From NCBI GenBank assembly GCA_013115125.1, contig JABANN010000111.1:1-64000 (forward strand): a stretch of 64,000 bases of DNA, in the 5' to 3' direction. The position numbers and the translations under genes were made by a program. This document shows, piece after piece, positions 37,100 to 50,403 of the stretch (within the stretch, counting starts at the first letter, position 1; each line of letters begins with the position of its first letter). The notes beneath the pieces were generated by a model. It worked only from the letters and a program-made list of their open reading frames with translations. It searched no databases and was not told the origin of the DNA. Source of the DNA: Perkinsus olseni (taxonomy: Eukaryota).

Positions 37100-40036
37100 G
37101 TCGAGGAGTCGAGAAGTATTGTATTCAGGCCGAGCCCAGAGGAGGTCGCATGGCGAGTTCACGGGCATGAACGATTCGAGGCAGCGAGGGCGGCCATCGC
37201 CGACGAGCTCGGACGGAAATTCTCGGCGGCCACGGGAGAGGAGAGGAATTGGATGAGGGAGAAAGCAAGAATTAGGGGCACCAGACACTATGATGAGGAT
37301 GTGTAATTTCGGGGCGCGGTGACGATTTTGTGCGAGAAGCGTGAGGGGGTGCCGGGCCAGCTTTATCTTCTGAACAAATGAAAATTTTATGGTTTTCGCT
37401 AAGAAAATGATTGGCTCACTCGACAAAGGTTTTGTAAATTTGGTATTGAGCGTAGTGATGGAAGCTGCTTTGGGCGACTCTACGGGACTGGAGAGTTCAG
37501 TGGTGGGTCGATTGGAGTTCTCTCGGCGTTGAGGGGATGCGCCCACAGGACGTGCCTCAGCGATCGCGTCCAGGTTACCTCTGCTATCACCATCATCGGC
37601 GTCGACGGCAGCCTCGGAAAGCTGCCTTGAAGGGCAACTCCAGGCGAAGCAAGCCGAGTTGGATGCCGCTCGTCAACGTTTGCAGGAGGCGGCTGATCGG
37701 GCAAGGGAGGGAGCTCAGAGGGAGTACAAGGCTGTGAAGGACGTGATTGATGAGAATATCGCACCGGCTAGTCAGGCATTGCAGCGGTAAGATGTCCATT
37801 CCGTGAAACCTTCATGATGAGGGGAGTTAGGGGGATTCGAGGAACGGTCGTCAAACTTGATGGGGTCGTCTTGATAATAGGCCGCTCGTAGTGGGGGAAA
37901 AGTGAATCGATGAGAGCTAACACTACCTTGCCGGAACGTCTCTGAATGACATCAAGAGTTGATACTTTCGCGGTCGACCTCGTTAATGGCACAGGTATTG
38001 GCGAGAGGTCGAGGATAGGACGGCAGCCCGGGCGGAGCGGATCCAAGCCGATAGTGGGCTGAGGCAGTCGATGGACTCTGCAGTGGCTACGATGGTTTAC
38101 ACAGAGACGGTGAGGGATGCCTGAAGGGCGTGTGGTGATCGGGTTGGGTGTAGGCGGCTGCATTGATGAAGAAGACTGAGGAGATGAGGACGGTTCCGCA
38201 GCAGTTGAGGGAGGCCTCTGGGGTGCCGGAGAAGAGGAAGGTTGTTGATAACTTCGCTGTAGTATCGGGCGTCGTTGGGCGGTTCGGAGAGGCAGGCATG
38301 TGGCTCCGCCGTAAAGAGAACCACATGTGTTCTCCACTGAGAATTCAGTCTTGCCTGATGGTTGGCAATGCCGTAGTGTAGGAAGACTAAGCGGCTGCGT
38401 GACTTCATGCTGCTTTAAAAGGGACTTTAGTAGAGCCCCTAGTCGCGGATTGTGTCACATGATGGAGTCTTCGGTGGGGGGAGGGACTGTGAACTGCTGG
38501 TGACGCGTGTCCTCCAGGTTGAAGCATCGTCATGCATATCACAGTCAGCCGGCGTGGCTCCTCGATTGGCGTCCGTGGTGAATAAGAGAATTGAAGTGTT
38601 GTTGGAGGAGGAGAGGGGGATACTTTCGAAGCAACTGGAGGTCGTATGAGCGTTCGGCGATGCTTCTGAGGTCACCTCTTTGACTCAGGACATAGTTACG
38701 GGCTCGTGGGAGTGGATGATGTCTACTGTAACGGTGGAGTCTTTGAACCACCCTCGCTCCCCTCCAGTGGCGGGAGGAGACGTCGTCGGCCTCGTGAAGG
38801 TCCTCGATAAGCTGGAGAGTCTTCATCGTCAGGTCGCTGAGGAGGGTGAGGCAGCTTCGGTGGAGTGCTCGGGCGGAGTGACCCTGCTGGTCGCCACGGC
38901 TGCGTGACTTGAACTCGATAAGAGCCCTTTTCCGTTGGAGCGATACCCATCTAGGAGGGTAGAAAATGAGAGGCGGTTGTGAGCCTTGGTAGTTGAACGC
39001 TACCCAATACACCGACGTATTGGTGAATATAAGCTCTAGGTTCGAAATGCTTTCTTGGAGGTTGTACGGCATACTGTTTGTCCGGGTGGTTCGTGGTTGA
39101 ATGTCCTATTCATAGCGGACAGCTCGGAGGGCATTCACACCCTCTTTCTGGATGATCCGAGTCGACCAGCCCGTCTCATTGCGTATCGGCGTGATGATTG
39201 CTCTCAGAGTCCACCGACTCACCGAGGGCTGTGTCCTGGTCATTTGACGCCCTTACCAGGCAGTTGCTGCAGCAGCGGTTTATGTATCACTTCGCCCGGG
39301 AGGATGCTGGTGAGGGGGGATTCGATAACGCCGTGGAACCTCAGACGGTTGTCAATCTATCCCGGCCCGGCAAGAATGGTATTTCATTTCTTGGTTGAGA
39401 GCGAGCATTGAGAGATGAGCTTTTGCTGTTATGAGTGATTCTAGGGTCATCCCAGTGGAAATTCCCGTAGACGATGGATTTCGCTATGCAGGTACGAATC
39501 GTCTTGATCGGCCTGAATGGGCGACTGCGAGATTTCTGGACGTGTGGAAGCACAGCGAGACAGTGTATGATAGATGGCTTCAGGAAGCGGGTGAAGAGAA
39601 TTCGACAGGGCTTCGGAGGGAACTCGACATCAACTTTGCGAAGGTTCTTGGCAAGTAAGGTGGCTTACCTGCAGTACAGAAAAACCATTTAGCGCGCGCC
39701 CCGGCGATCGATTCGCTTGTTCACATTGGGTCGGTTGTTTTTGTATCAGATATTTCTGGGACACTCGGTGGCAGTTAGTGCTGGACTCACCGCAACTGTT
39801 TGCTCATCACCTGTCGCAGTACCTGGCAGCCATCTCGGACGTGGAGGCCTTCGCCGGGGCTGATGCTGCCGATGAGTTGGTATGAACATCAGGCGGGCGG
39901 TGTTCGGCTTATTGCTGCCGAAGTAGATACTCAGTCTCACGGAATCGTCAGTGCTGCTGCAGGCGTGGGCTTCGGGCGACCTTTCCGCGTGCTCTACGGC
40001 GCTGCAGCAGGTGAGGATGAAACTTGGAGTTTATAA
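37100..40036 (+). CDS. Hypothetical multi-exon gene(s) with a coiled-coil segment
   Basis: Several coding-looking blocks bounded by AG/GT (e.g. LEGQLQAKQAELDAARQRLQEAADRARE; VYDRWLQEAGEENSTGLRRELDINFAKVLG); no family recognised. Confidence 0.35.
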
Positions 40037-42810
40037 TTTTTAGGGTGGAGAATTATCATCATCCGTGTAGTAGCACATTCTTCGCCGGAAATCTTCTGAC
40101 AGAAAATTCCCTTCGTAGTTCATGATAGTGTTGCGGAGGCCGACTTCCATAACGCGCTGAGTGAGCGTTACAGCGCGGAGGCGAAGTATACTTGGAAACC
40201 TTTTCCCGTTCTCGGAGGCCTTCGCTAGCTGAAATAAACTTGAACTGTAGGAGAAATCTGCGAAGCACGCCATCTCTTACGGGGTTCGGTCTCGAATTAT
40301 CGAACGCAACTGGGGCGTCTAGTTGGTCAATAGGCGCCGGCCGCTAACGATTTGACCGACTGTATTGGCGTCGTGCAGCTATATCCGCGTCCGCTACGGA
40401 TTGGAGTCTTCAATTTGGAGATGCTGGTCATTGAGTTCCGCATGCCTGTCTAAACGTGAACCAAATATAGAGCCTCTGCTACCAGACTGTGACCGATCTT
40501 CGTCGTGCAGGTTGAATCTCCCTGGGCGCCGGACGAGACCCGGACTAGTGTGAATAGACTAGCCGCTACTCTCATGGATCTTGTTGAGAACGAGAGTGCC
40601 AGTAGGACCAGGTGAGGCGGTGAGCAATTTCGTGGCGCAGTGACGGATGTGCCTGGTCCTAGCTATTTGTCCAAGAACTCCACTGCGATGGCATTTTTCG
40701 CTGATGCTGTGTATTGCCCGCTGATGGAGCAGTTTATTGCACTGGAAAAACAGAAGGTGCGGACCGGAAGAACACCCAGACTCTTCCGGGACGTCCGAGT
40801 TCATTTTAGTGGAACGATCTTCCAACTCTGCACGGTGAGGATGAGCCGACGGCGCGGCTGATTCAAGAGAGTATCGAAGGTGTCTACAGTTGGATAGTGG
40901 GCGGAGGTTTGGATGATCAGGTGGGCTTCAATATTTCGCGCGCCATAAAATTGTCGGGGCTGCGGGAGGCCTTTCGCTTTGTCATTCTCGGTGACGGTGA
41001 ATAGATTGTTTGTAGATGCTGAGCAGCCTTCTCGGTGAGCATGCCAACGAGCTGCAGGATCTGTCCCAGAAAATGGCCGAGATGATAACAGAGGAGTGTG
41101 GATCCTGAGCTGGCCCGTGCGCTGCTTGCTTAACATTGCTATCTTAAAGTTGCTTTTTTCTTCTCATGCGGGCGTTTTTTCTAGTAATGTAATCGGACTT
41201 CGGGCGAGAGAGGCTTCCAATCTACAGAATTAGCGCTGCAAACTTTCACATTCGCGAGATTGATCCTGTCTCTTCTCAAACAGCAGTCGGTTTGCTCTTC
41301 GTAATGGCTCGCCGACTGGAGCCTCAGTTCTTGGCGCTGGACAAGTCAACCGTCAGAGCTCACGATCCCTGAGCACCTACAGAGCGCAAATTTTCCTTGG
41401 AGATAATGTGGTTAAAGTCTCTGTCTCAGAAAAGCAGGCGTCTGCCAGACGGCGGCAAACGCCGTCTGCCGAGAAAACTTGATGAGTCTCTTGAAATAGG
41501 GCAGTTCATATCCCTGCACTCCCGTAGCAGCCTAGACGGTCATGTCATGGTCATCATGAATAGCTATCGTTGAAGCCTCTTGAGCGGCGAACCCTGGAGT
41601 GAGTCTTGCGACGGGGATCCGGCCGAATAGGGCGCGAGAAGGGACATCAATTATTATTGCGGAGTTGATGCTCTGGTTGTAGGCTAGAGAAACTAGGGAT
41701 AGATAGTTTGCCGGGCATAGTCCGCGAATGTCTTTATCATCGTGAGAAATACTCAAAAAAACAATACGAAAAAAAAGACAGTACTTACTGAGTCCTGTCT
41801 CGTTTTCTCCCTCTACTCGACCTTGACTTTGTTTGGCCTGCGCCGGAGGGGTGTGGCTCATGCGGCTTGCTGGATAGGGTGCTCTCAGGTTGTTCTCGAC
41901 CGAGAAGCCCACCTGGGGCGCAACTCGGGACGAGTGGTCGACATAGTGAACCACCTGCCCACCCGGCCTCCATCAATCCTCCATCTTCCCAACCAGAGTA
42001 TTGCACACATAACGTCTGCGAACTACAAGGTCGAATCTCCAACTCATCATTACCTTGCCCGACCACTGCTCTCTCCTCGCAGCAGCCCCCGCCATCTTCC
42101 AAGGGGGCTCCCTGTAAATACCCTATCACCGCATCACTGGCCCAATGCCATACTCGCACGCCTGGTCGACTGATATGATCAGTCTGATAACCCACTTCGT
42201 GCCATCAAGTGACTACCAAGTTATTGCGGCGACGAATGGTTGGTGGCCATCGTAGGATGGCCGGTGGCTATTCGCGTGCCATACAGGAAGAGCACCTGCG
42301 CGGTTCACGAGGGGAGGGAGCTCACTCGAGGACACTACGTCTCGGAAGGCTCCAACCTCGACCAGACCGCATGAAAGAGCCAGAGCATCGGGCGTCTTAC
42401 ATCCGAGCAAGAGGGCCAGGTTGAGGTCTGTAGGAATCTGTTGCCATGGAGGTGACTGAAGTGTGGCTTGAAAACGTGGCCCTACCTTGTACGACATCCA
42501 TACAGTTGTTGTCTCTCTCGTTGCTTCAGCGTTCTTGCTAGCTAATGGCATGGGGAGAGCCTCTCCCGGAGAGGAGAGACGTCGTAGTTTCCTCACGGAA
42601 CTTCCTTTGGTTTGTTCGACCAACATCCAGTGGCTTGCGTACAGTACTATCTTGGCTGTAGCTTTCGCGGAACCCTCTTAGTTGTTGGTAGCTCTTCTCC
42701 TCATCGGATAGCTCAGTAGCAGTCCTCCTGTTAAAGAGTGTTGGTCACTCGGCCGTTAGGGTCCAGCCTGCGTGGTGGAGTGCCTTTGAAAGGGAGTTAG
42801 TCGAGTCTCC

Positions 42811-45800
42811 ATGACCGCCGTTATCGGCCGCTACTTCTGCCACCGTTCGGTTCGGGGCCCACTCTTCCCTCCTGCATCTTCTCGGTGCTTTTGCTCTACT
42901 GAGAGAAAGCCGGAGATCTATCTGGACCGACTGTTGGAGAAAGGGGCGCCGAAGTATCTTTTCGTTGGTGAGCTCGGAACTGCGTCTCTGGCGACCCGAC
43001 GCTATTGAACGCAAGTGACGTTCGGGCACCTCTCTTGACGACTGCCATCAGTTCTCCCGTGAATTTTTTTGAGCTTTCCTCTGTCTTCTCCCGTGATATG
43101 ATTGGGATGATCGCTCGTCGTCCTCAGGTGGAAAAGGTGGCGTCGGTAAGACCACCTGGGCGGCAGCGTTGGCAGTTCGCTTCGGTCGGAGCGGCTTGCG
43201 TAGGGTCTGCTACTACTAGCTTCCCCTTCTAGCGTTCATGGTCTATCATTATCTTAGGGACGCTATGTGTGTCTACGGACCCAGCCCACAGTCTTGCCGA
43301 TGCATTGCAAGTGGAGCTGAAGGGAGAGCCAACGTTAGTGGAGGTAGCTCGATACGCGATGGACCTTCGACTTCTGATATCCTGAAAGTCGCATCACGAT
43401 CGCCGCATCCCATTGGCTTGCCGGGTTCGATCTTCAATCTTCTGCATCCTGCGCTCTGCGGCCGTAGTTGGTGGAAGAAGGCGCTGAAGTGACGTGTATC
43501 TGAAGCCTGCCCAATTTGAACGTCTCCTTCTTCAAGTCGACCTTGGCAGTATTGCCGAGTGTCGAGTACTACTTGCTGCTTCCACCTCTGCCTCAGGAAT
43601 CACTGTACGGCCTCGAGGTCGATGCGGAAGCTGCGATGAATGAGTTCGCTGCAGCTGTCTCTCTTGATAATGTCCAGAAAGCGACGGGAGTTGATCTGAG
43701 GTCAGGCTGGTTCCGTGATCGGATCGTGGGACCCACTGGTCTCGGCCATGGAAAGTTACCGTGGTGCTACTCATCGCTCTCGAAAGTGTACTTTCGTGCT
43801 TTACTCAATCATCGTCCGATTGCTTTGTGACCGCGCAGGTCCGTGGCGTCCAAAGTTGGCGTTGATATTGCTCCGATAGAGGCTGAGCTCAGCGGCTTTC
43901 TCGGTGGAGTCGGAAAGGCTTCTACCGCCCCGCCTGGGATGGACGAGATTGTTGCAATGGCCCGCTTGATGCAGTTGCTCCACAGCTCCAGGTGGGTAGG
44001 GGTGGACTACGCGGACTTAATCGTAGTCGGTGTAAGAAAGGAGTTTCTCATGCTTGGCAGGATAACAACATGGCCCACGATTCTTGGAGGGCCTCCTTAT
44101 GCTCCTGTCGCTCAAGGAAACTTTACAATCTATGCTTTTCTCTTTCGTCAAATTCGTCCTAGGGAAAACAGTCAGTTGGCTCGTGCCTTCTCCCTCGCAA
44201 GCTTTGAAAACTTCATGTCGAATTCCCTTGGGAAAAGGGTTTCTGTACCCTCGTGGACGTCAGCCCATAGCAGTCGGAGCTTCTCGCCTAAGATACGCGG
44301 AGTTCGATCGGATCGTCATCGACACCGCGCCCACCGGTCACACACTAAGGCTGCTCTCCCTGCCAACCTTCATCCATACAGCGCTCACCGCAACCACGCA
44401 GATCTACGACAAGTGAGATGAACTCTCCCGGCCGGGCAATTCCCATCGGTGGCCCTTTCAGGGTATCAGCGGCATTGAAGGCGTTCACTCCCTTGCAGAC
44501 GGTCTACAGTAGTTACCGGTCCTTCATGCCGGATATTCCCCCCCACAGCCGAGCTCAGATACTGTTCTTGGTAAGGGCGCTGAGCATGCACCGGAGGTCG
44601 TACAGGAACGCTTGAAGGAGGTGGGGGCTTTGGGCGGGTCGTTCACTTCATGTGGGGGTCACGCCTAGCTCGGAACTGACTGTGAGCCTCCGGACGTCAG
44701 CAAGAGTCGACTGGCAGTATTGTCTGTGACGCTGCTGTCAGCGCTGTCTATTGTGTTCCGCTGCCTAGCCCTACTTTCTGATACTCGCCTGATGGCATTC
44801 ACCCGAGCCTCTAGGCAAATCGTTATGACTGTGATGCAGCGTCGGTTGGTTGCAGGCCCGTGAGAGGGTGGAGCAGTTTCAGGAGGGTATAAGCAACCTC
44901 AATGGGGTCCTCCAAAACTCGGAAGAGTCTGGCTTCGTAAGCAGCTCAGGGTCGTGGAATTTTGTCGAGATTCCCTCAGGTTGTGGTGTCCATCCCAACT
45001 CAGCTGGCTGTGGACGAGTCCCTGAGGCTCATTGAGGTCAGTTGTCGCGGCCGTTCGATGATAATCTCATTCCTTGTTAGGCGCTGCCTCTGGCCGGGAT
45101 GAAGATCGAGCAAGTGGTGATAAACCAGATGCCACCGGTACTGGTGGCCGCCGATGCAGACGTGAAGGACCTTGTCGAATCGTAAGGACACTCTCTCTCG
45201 TGGTGTGACTTATCCCGAAAATCTTAAAAAAACACGACACTTTTGAAGACTTTTTGTGACTTTTTGAAAAAACCCCGAAAACATGACGCAGTGTGACGAA
45301 TTTTTCTGAATTTCTTTTTACAGTAGAGGGGCTTCTTCATAGCCTCTAAAAATTTGCTGCGATTGCTCTCGTTGATTATGTTACTGCGGCAGGCAATGCT
45401 TGGTGCTGAGAGGTCTGCCGCTGGTGGAGCTTGGAATTGTGACCGACATTACGGCTGCTTCGGCTGCACTATTCCTGTTAGATACCGTGGGGCATCGAGT
45501 AAGTTGAATGAGCTGAGCAAGAAGGGAGAGCTGCAGGAGTTGACGAAGGAGGAGGTTAAACTGGTAGATGTCTGGGTTGGCAGGATTTCGCTCCACGTCC
45601 AAACTTCGGCACCTGAATGGAAGCAGGAGAGGCCTCCCAAGTGCTTCTCTTTCTCCCGTCGGAGAGCCCCACAAGACCTTAAATGAACCCTGGAAAAATC
45701 GCCAATAACTGCTGTTCTCCTCTGGGTACTTTCACTGGTCGTATCTCCACTTTTCCGCCTCAGGCACGCGATGCACTGGATGCTCAGAGAACCCTGGTGT

Positions 45801-45893
45801 ATGAGAGTGCCAAGCAGGCTGCCAGGCTTGTCGAGGGGCTGGACCGAGGGATCGGCGTCACGAGGCTACCCGTCATCAAACACAATGTGCTCG
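42811..45893 (+). CDS. GET3: ArsA/GET3-family ATPase with a transit-peptide-like N-terminus (multi-exon, 3' end uncertain)
   Basis: YLFVG|GKGGVGKTT, VSTDPAHSLADAL, PPGMDEIVAM, FDRIVIDTAPTGHTLRLLSLP, VSIPTQLAVDESLRL and VVINQ. Confidence 0.9.
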
Positions 45894-46109
45894 GTAGGCA
45901 ACCGAGTGACGGCCTGGCAGCGTGGGGTTGTATTGAGGGTCCTTCTGTCGCGTCCCACTAAAACCTCGCAGGGTAGGAACTACGTCTGCTTGACTTCTCT
46001 GGGAAAGTGTGGTATCGTATCCGGCATTTTCTCGTAGACGACTCGTGTGGACCGAGAGCCTCAATTTGTCCCACAATCCTCGTATGTTTCCCTTTGCCAG
46101 GTGCGCAAG

Positions 46110-46600
46110 CTCTTGACAATGCGGCATCCCACTTGTTCAGCCATCATAGTGCTAGGAAGAGGCATGACTAGGTTAGTCCTGATCATTTTTCAATGCTCCT
46201 CGGTCGGGGAAGTTGTGTTTTTAATTGCTGCAACCCCTGATCTTGGGTATTATCCGGATTCCCTGGCGAAGCGAGAGATCCGCTCGAGCCACTCGTGATA
46301 TGAATAGCTTCAATGTTTCGCTGTCGCCGACTTTCATCACTGCGGCTGAGCAGCAAGGGTTCACTGTGGCGCGGGGAGCCCGAACCAGTACCGGCGATTC
46401 GTCTCGATTCGGGTGTCCACTACGATTTTGTATCCCGGACGAACAGGTAAACAGTCTTGCGTGCGAATTTAATCAGACCATTTACAAAATTATTCGGCGA
46501 AGACCGACGAAAACGAGTCTGATGAGGTCGTCATCATCAGAGGGTCACATGGATGAGATGCTTTTTAGTTTCACCAAGTACGTCGTTCGTTTGCGGAAGA
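46110..46600. repeat. Duplicated block, paralogous to ~54090-54410 and ~54820-55005
   Basis: Shared run GCGGCTGAGCAGCAAGGGTTCACTGTGGCGCGGGGAGCCCGAACCAGT plus similar flanks. Confidence 0.85.
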
Positions 46601-47641
46601 GCCACAAGTTCAGGGAAGAGCAGGAGCGAGTTTTCGTGAAGGGTTTGGATACTATACGATCGATAGCGGCTGCGGGCTATAAGGTGGGTATGCTCGAATC
46701 TCATGGCCAGGACTCACAGCGAGGCCCTCCTCTGTTGGTTCCGACAAGATCGGACTCAGGCGGACTCCGATCTTGTCAAAACAACTGGTTCTAATCGGCC
46801 AATTCTAATTCGAATTCTCATTCTAATTTCACACAAGTCGCCTCATCTTCCAGGAAGACATTTGACGATCGCAGCGTTTTTTGTGTCAGTTTGATACGCT
46901 GATGGTAGTTGCCGAGAATTCAGCGACAGCGCTCGAGGGAGGCATACCAGCCAACCGGACGCTCCGAGTACCGAGAGACCTCCTAGAGTAAGTCTCGCAG
47001 TATCACTGTTGAATGATTCAAGCGCCCGATTAAGTTGATGAGTCGATTGGATTCTTTTCTGCAGTTCATCGTGGACTTCAATGGGGTGACACCAGTTTAT
47101 TGATGTTGCCGGAGGGCCTGAGACTGACTCGAAATTTATGAGAGGCTTAGTGTCATAGCACTTGGGCCCAGTGGGGCATCGGTGCGGGCTGCTTGGAGGA
47201 GTGAGAACATCATAGCACTTATATAAGAGCAGGCGCCGTACTCCATTGCTCCCGACTCTATATTTGATCCGTCGTTCTATGGTTGTGCCTAGCTTATCCA
47301 AGCCTCGAGCTATTGAGATTACTCATTGTCACAGTTGGTTCGCCAAGTTAAAGCTGTTCGGCTAACCAATTGGGAGGAGTTGCGGGGAGCTCTCATTGGC
47401 GCATGGGTAACATCCAGGCGACCAGGCCCCGCCTACTGGGTAACGGATTCGATATGGAGGTCCGGTTCCTCTGGTCCAACTTGGGGGTCCTGTGATAGGT
47501 CACCTATCTTCGGCATCCCATATGCCGTCGGCTAGCGGCGAACTGCTAGCGCATACTGAGGAGCCCCGATACTGGGCATTCTCGGTCGGATAGCCTCCCA
47601 ATTGTTTATGTGTTCCGTGCTACGTGGACGGCGGACGAGCA

Positions 47642-47663
47642 GTATGCACTGCATACTATGCAG
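47642..47663. repeat. 22-nt double-palindrome scar, 8-mer GTATGCAG
   Basis: GTATGCA-CTGCATAC-TATGCAG. Confidence 0.85.
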
Positions 47664-47830
47664 TGGAGCATCTACCATCCTGTCAGTATCAGGATAGCTC
47701 AATTGCTGATTTCAATGCTCTCGAGTGGCTTCAACTGACAACGCTTGAGCAGTCGAGTGAACCACACAACTAAGAAGTGATGGAACTTTTGGGAGAGGAT
47801 CGTCCACAAAGCTGTACCAAAGAAGTGGTT

Positions 47831-47930
47831 GCTTCCCGTGCTTCCCGCGCTTCCCGTGCTTCCCGCGCTTCCCGTGCTTCCCGTGCCTCCCGTGCTTCCC
47901 GTGCTTCCCGTGCCTCCCGTGCTTCCCGTG
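47831..47930. repeat. 9-bp minisatellite (GCTTCCCGT)~11
   Basis: Tandem units with variants GCTTCCCGC and GCCTCCCGT. Confidence 0.95.
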
Positions 47931-48551
47931 CAGCAGCGACCGTTGTATGTCTGGACACCGCGTCCGAGAGCTCAGAAGTTTTTCCGACCTACCATAGGGC
48001 TTATCAGGGGTGATTCAAATCATTGAAGTGGAGTGGTGCGTATGCAAGTGGGCCCTGGATATTCTGCCACTTTCGAACGGCATTTTCGGTGGATACTCTC
48101 TCACCTAGCCGCCCAAGCTGCTGCGTACAGAAGAAGCGTCATAAGGTAGAACCAAAGCAGTTCCAGGCGAGGTTCGATATTATCCTCCGGCGCAAGGCCG
48201 CCACTGATGAACTACATTCAGACGAAATTCACAGAGTACGCAAAGAAGGAGACGATGTGTGATGTCACAATCGGCGATGTGACGCACTGCGCTCTGTGGG
48301 AGTGGCACCTGAGAAACTCAAGCGAGGCGAATTGCTCAGAGATATTGTACTCTTCAATAGAAGATGACCGCAGACTGCGGATTTTCTGCATTTGCTTATT
48401 TGGCAAATAAGATTTGCGATTAGTTTGAAGTGTAACCCGGAAATCGAATGGTCACAGCTCGCTGCCGTTCGTGCTTCCTTGGGAGCACCATGGATTTAGT
48501 TGAGGGAGAGTCCTTTTTCAATTCTGTCTTGCCCAGGATAACTAGACATGA

Positions 48552-48850
48552 ATAAATCCTTAGGGCTAGGCCTGGTAGATTTTAGCTTCATTAGGAGTCC
48601 TGTTGGGTAGGCACATCACCTACAACCATCACTTCAACGCTCACCTCTACGGAGTGACGGACGAGCGTCTCTGCGTTGGTGACATCGGGATGCCCAAGTG
48701 TGAGGAGGTCGATTGGGATACTGGTGTTTGCTCTGGGCCAGACGTCCCCGAGGGCTATCCCGAAATCGTAAGTTGAAGAGCATAACAGGGGCGGCCCCTG
48801 AGGGGCCGGTTTGATTCTCACCAGGTGCTGTGCTTGGACGGGTTGCAGTA
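48552..48850. repeat. ~300-bp near-identical direct repeat (second copy 57752-58050)
   Basis: Near base-for-base match at an offset of 9200 nt. Confidence 0.95.
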
Positions 48851-49044
48851 TACTGATAATATAGGAAGACTGCTGAAAACAGCGTGGGCTATCAGGTGAG
48901 GGTCCGCGGATTCTGGTACGAGGAACGGCCTCGCTCTCAGAGCTGCAAGAGTTGTACTGACACCTGGCTCTTGTGATCCATGGGACTGGAAGGTTTTGGA
49001 AGAGAGCGGAGCGAAGTGAGTTCGTCATTTTTGCTTGTCGACCG

Positions 49045-49540
49045 TCGGACACTGTTCCAGCACGGTGACGCTTCCAGTGAAATTGGTCGATTCAGCCGCT
49101 ATCACTCTCGAGGTACTGGGACAAAATGCCCGTCCATACGAGCGTAGATCCCCTACGGCTCCTGAAGTTTTGCTCCGCCCGCAAGCTTCTTCCTGTTGTG
49201 GCCACATCCTCAGGAGTCGGGAAGCAAGGGACCGATCCTCTACCGACCGTCCAGAACATCAACTTTCGATGCGCAGGGTGATTCGGTGGAATGGGCTGTC
49301 TCATCCTAGATGACTCGTGGACCGTAGCCGGGTGTGTGAGTTTATAGCCCAACGCTGGATCCGTCTTGGACTCTGGCCGATGAACTCAGTTAGGGACTCT
49401 CTGCAGCGTTGCTTACGGTGCAATCAGGCGGTGTTCTGATTCGATCTCGACGCAGTTGGCCATTCAGGAGCCTCTTGAATGCATTTTTGATGAGGAAATT
49501 TGGAGCAGCGTCATTCGTCCGATGGTCTTCTAGTGTATGC
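49045..49540 (-). mobile_element. Internally deleted fragment of the RTE-like LINE (end of the endonuclease and linker)
   Basis: Homologous to ~60090-60600; SEHRLI here corresponds to the SDHRLI AP-endonuclease end motif in the other copy. Confidence 0.65.
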
Positions 49541-49550
49541 TGCCTGTCAG

Positions 49551-49780
49551 GTATAGAGGAGTGATGGTTGTGGTTGGTAGTGAGGCCCATGGCCCATCAG
49601 CAGAGCTCCTCGAGTGCTGTACGAGAGTGACTTTACCGATGTCAATGGTGAGGAGTGATGCCGACGATCGTGACTGTGGCTCCTCAGGCCGCTGACTCCC
49701 TGAATGCCTCCATAGCTGGCGGTGTGCTGCTATATGACATCGCTCTACGTCTCCAGGAGGAGAGAGACCTCGGCCAATAG
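49551..49780 (+). pseudogene. 3' fragment (two exons) of a SpoU/TrmH RNA methyltransferase, copy 1
   Basis: VMVVVGSEAHGPS..RVTLPMSM|AADSLNASIAGGVLLYDI carries the SPOUT GxExxG and SLNxxxA motifs; no 5' exons upstream. Confidence 0.8.
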
Positions 49781-49809
49781 CATGTTTCTGATAAGTTTCT
49801 GCTATAGCT

Positions 49810-49831
49810 GGGTTGACTCAACCCGGTTGAG
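49810..49831. repeat. 22-nt double-palindrome scar, 8-mer GGGTTGAG
   Basis: GGGTTGA-CTCAACCC-GGTTGAG; the paralogous site near 60905 is 14 nt shorter. Confidence 0.85.
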
Positions 49832-50381
49832 TTGTTAGCCGCGCTGATCGCTGAAGGAATTCCTTGTCGAGTTTTTCAGGAATCCTAACGCGTTGAACCC
49901 GATCCGAAAATGTACTGCAACTCGGTAGCAACCACACGTTGCCACACTGTCACACGACAGGTTTGGCAGGAAGCGGACTATCCGTCGGTGACCACAACGG
50001 TCAATGCGGCCCGTGGTCGGCTGGTCTACAGCCCTGGTACTGGTCGGACGATCACACCTGGCCGGGAATTTCTTACCAGGAATTCCGGAAATTCCCAGGA
50101 ATAGGAAGAATGGATCATTTTTCCTCTATGGCTCCTGCAACGTACGGATAATACTCAAGATGACACGAGTCCCCCAAGCTATACGATACCTCGATAAACC
50201 ACGTCAGCCAATCTACAGTATGTCTGAATAGAAGGCTTCTATTAGAAGCTACGAACGAAATCGATCTAGCGAAACTTAGCCTGAAGCATTTATCCTTCAC
50301 TACACAATTGTGCACTATTCTGCAATGTCGACCGAAACCGCACTTTACACCGTCACAGGTTGAGCAAGACTAGCGTTATGG

Positions 50382-50403
50382 TGACTCGGCGAGTCAGACT
50401 CGC
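50382..50403. repeat. 22-nt double-palindrome scar, 8-mer TGACTCGC
   Basis: TGACTCG-GCGAGTCA-GACTCGC. Confidence 0.85.

Noticed and set aside
43344-43440. tRNA-like words (GTAGCTC, GGTTCGATC) in a GET3 intron
   Set aside because: Spacing is wrong and no T-arm forms.
49321-49330. ACCGTAGCC resembling the start of a dinoflagellate/perkinsid spliced leader
   Set aside because: The match ends after 9 nt and lies inside a LINE fragment.
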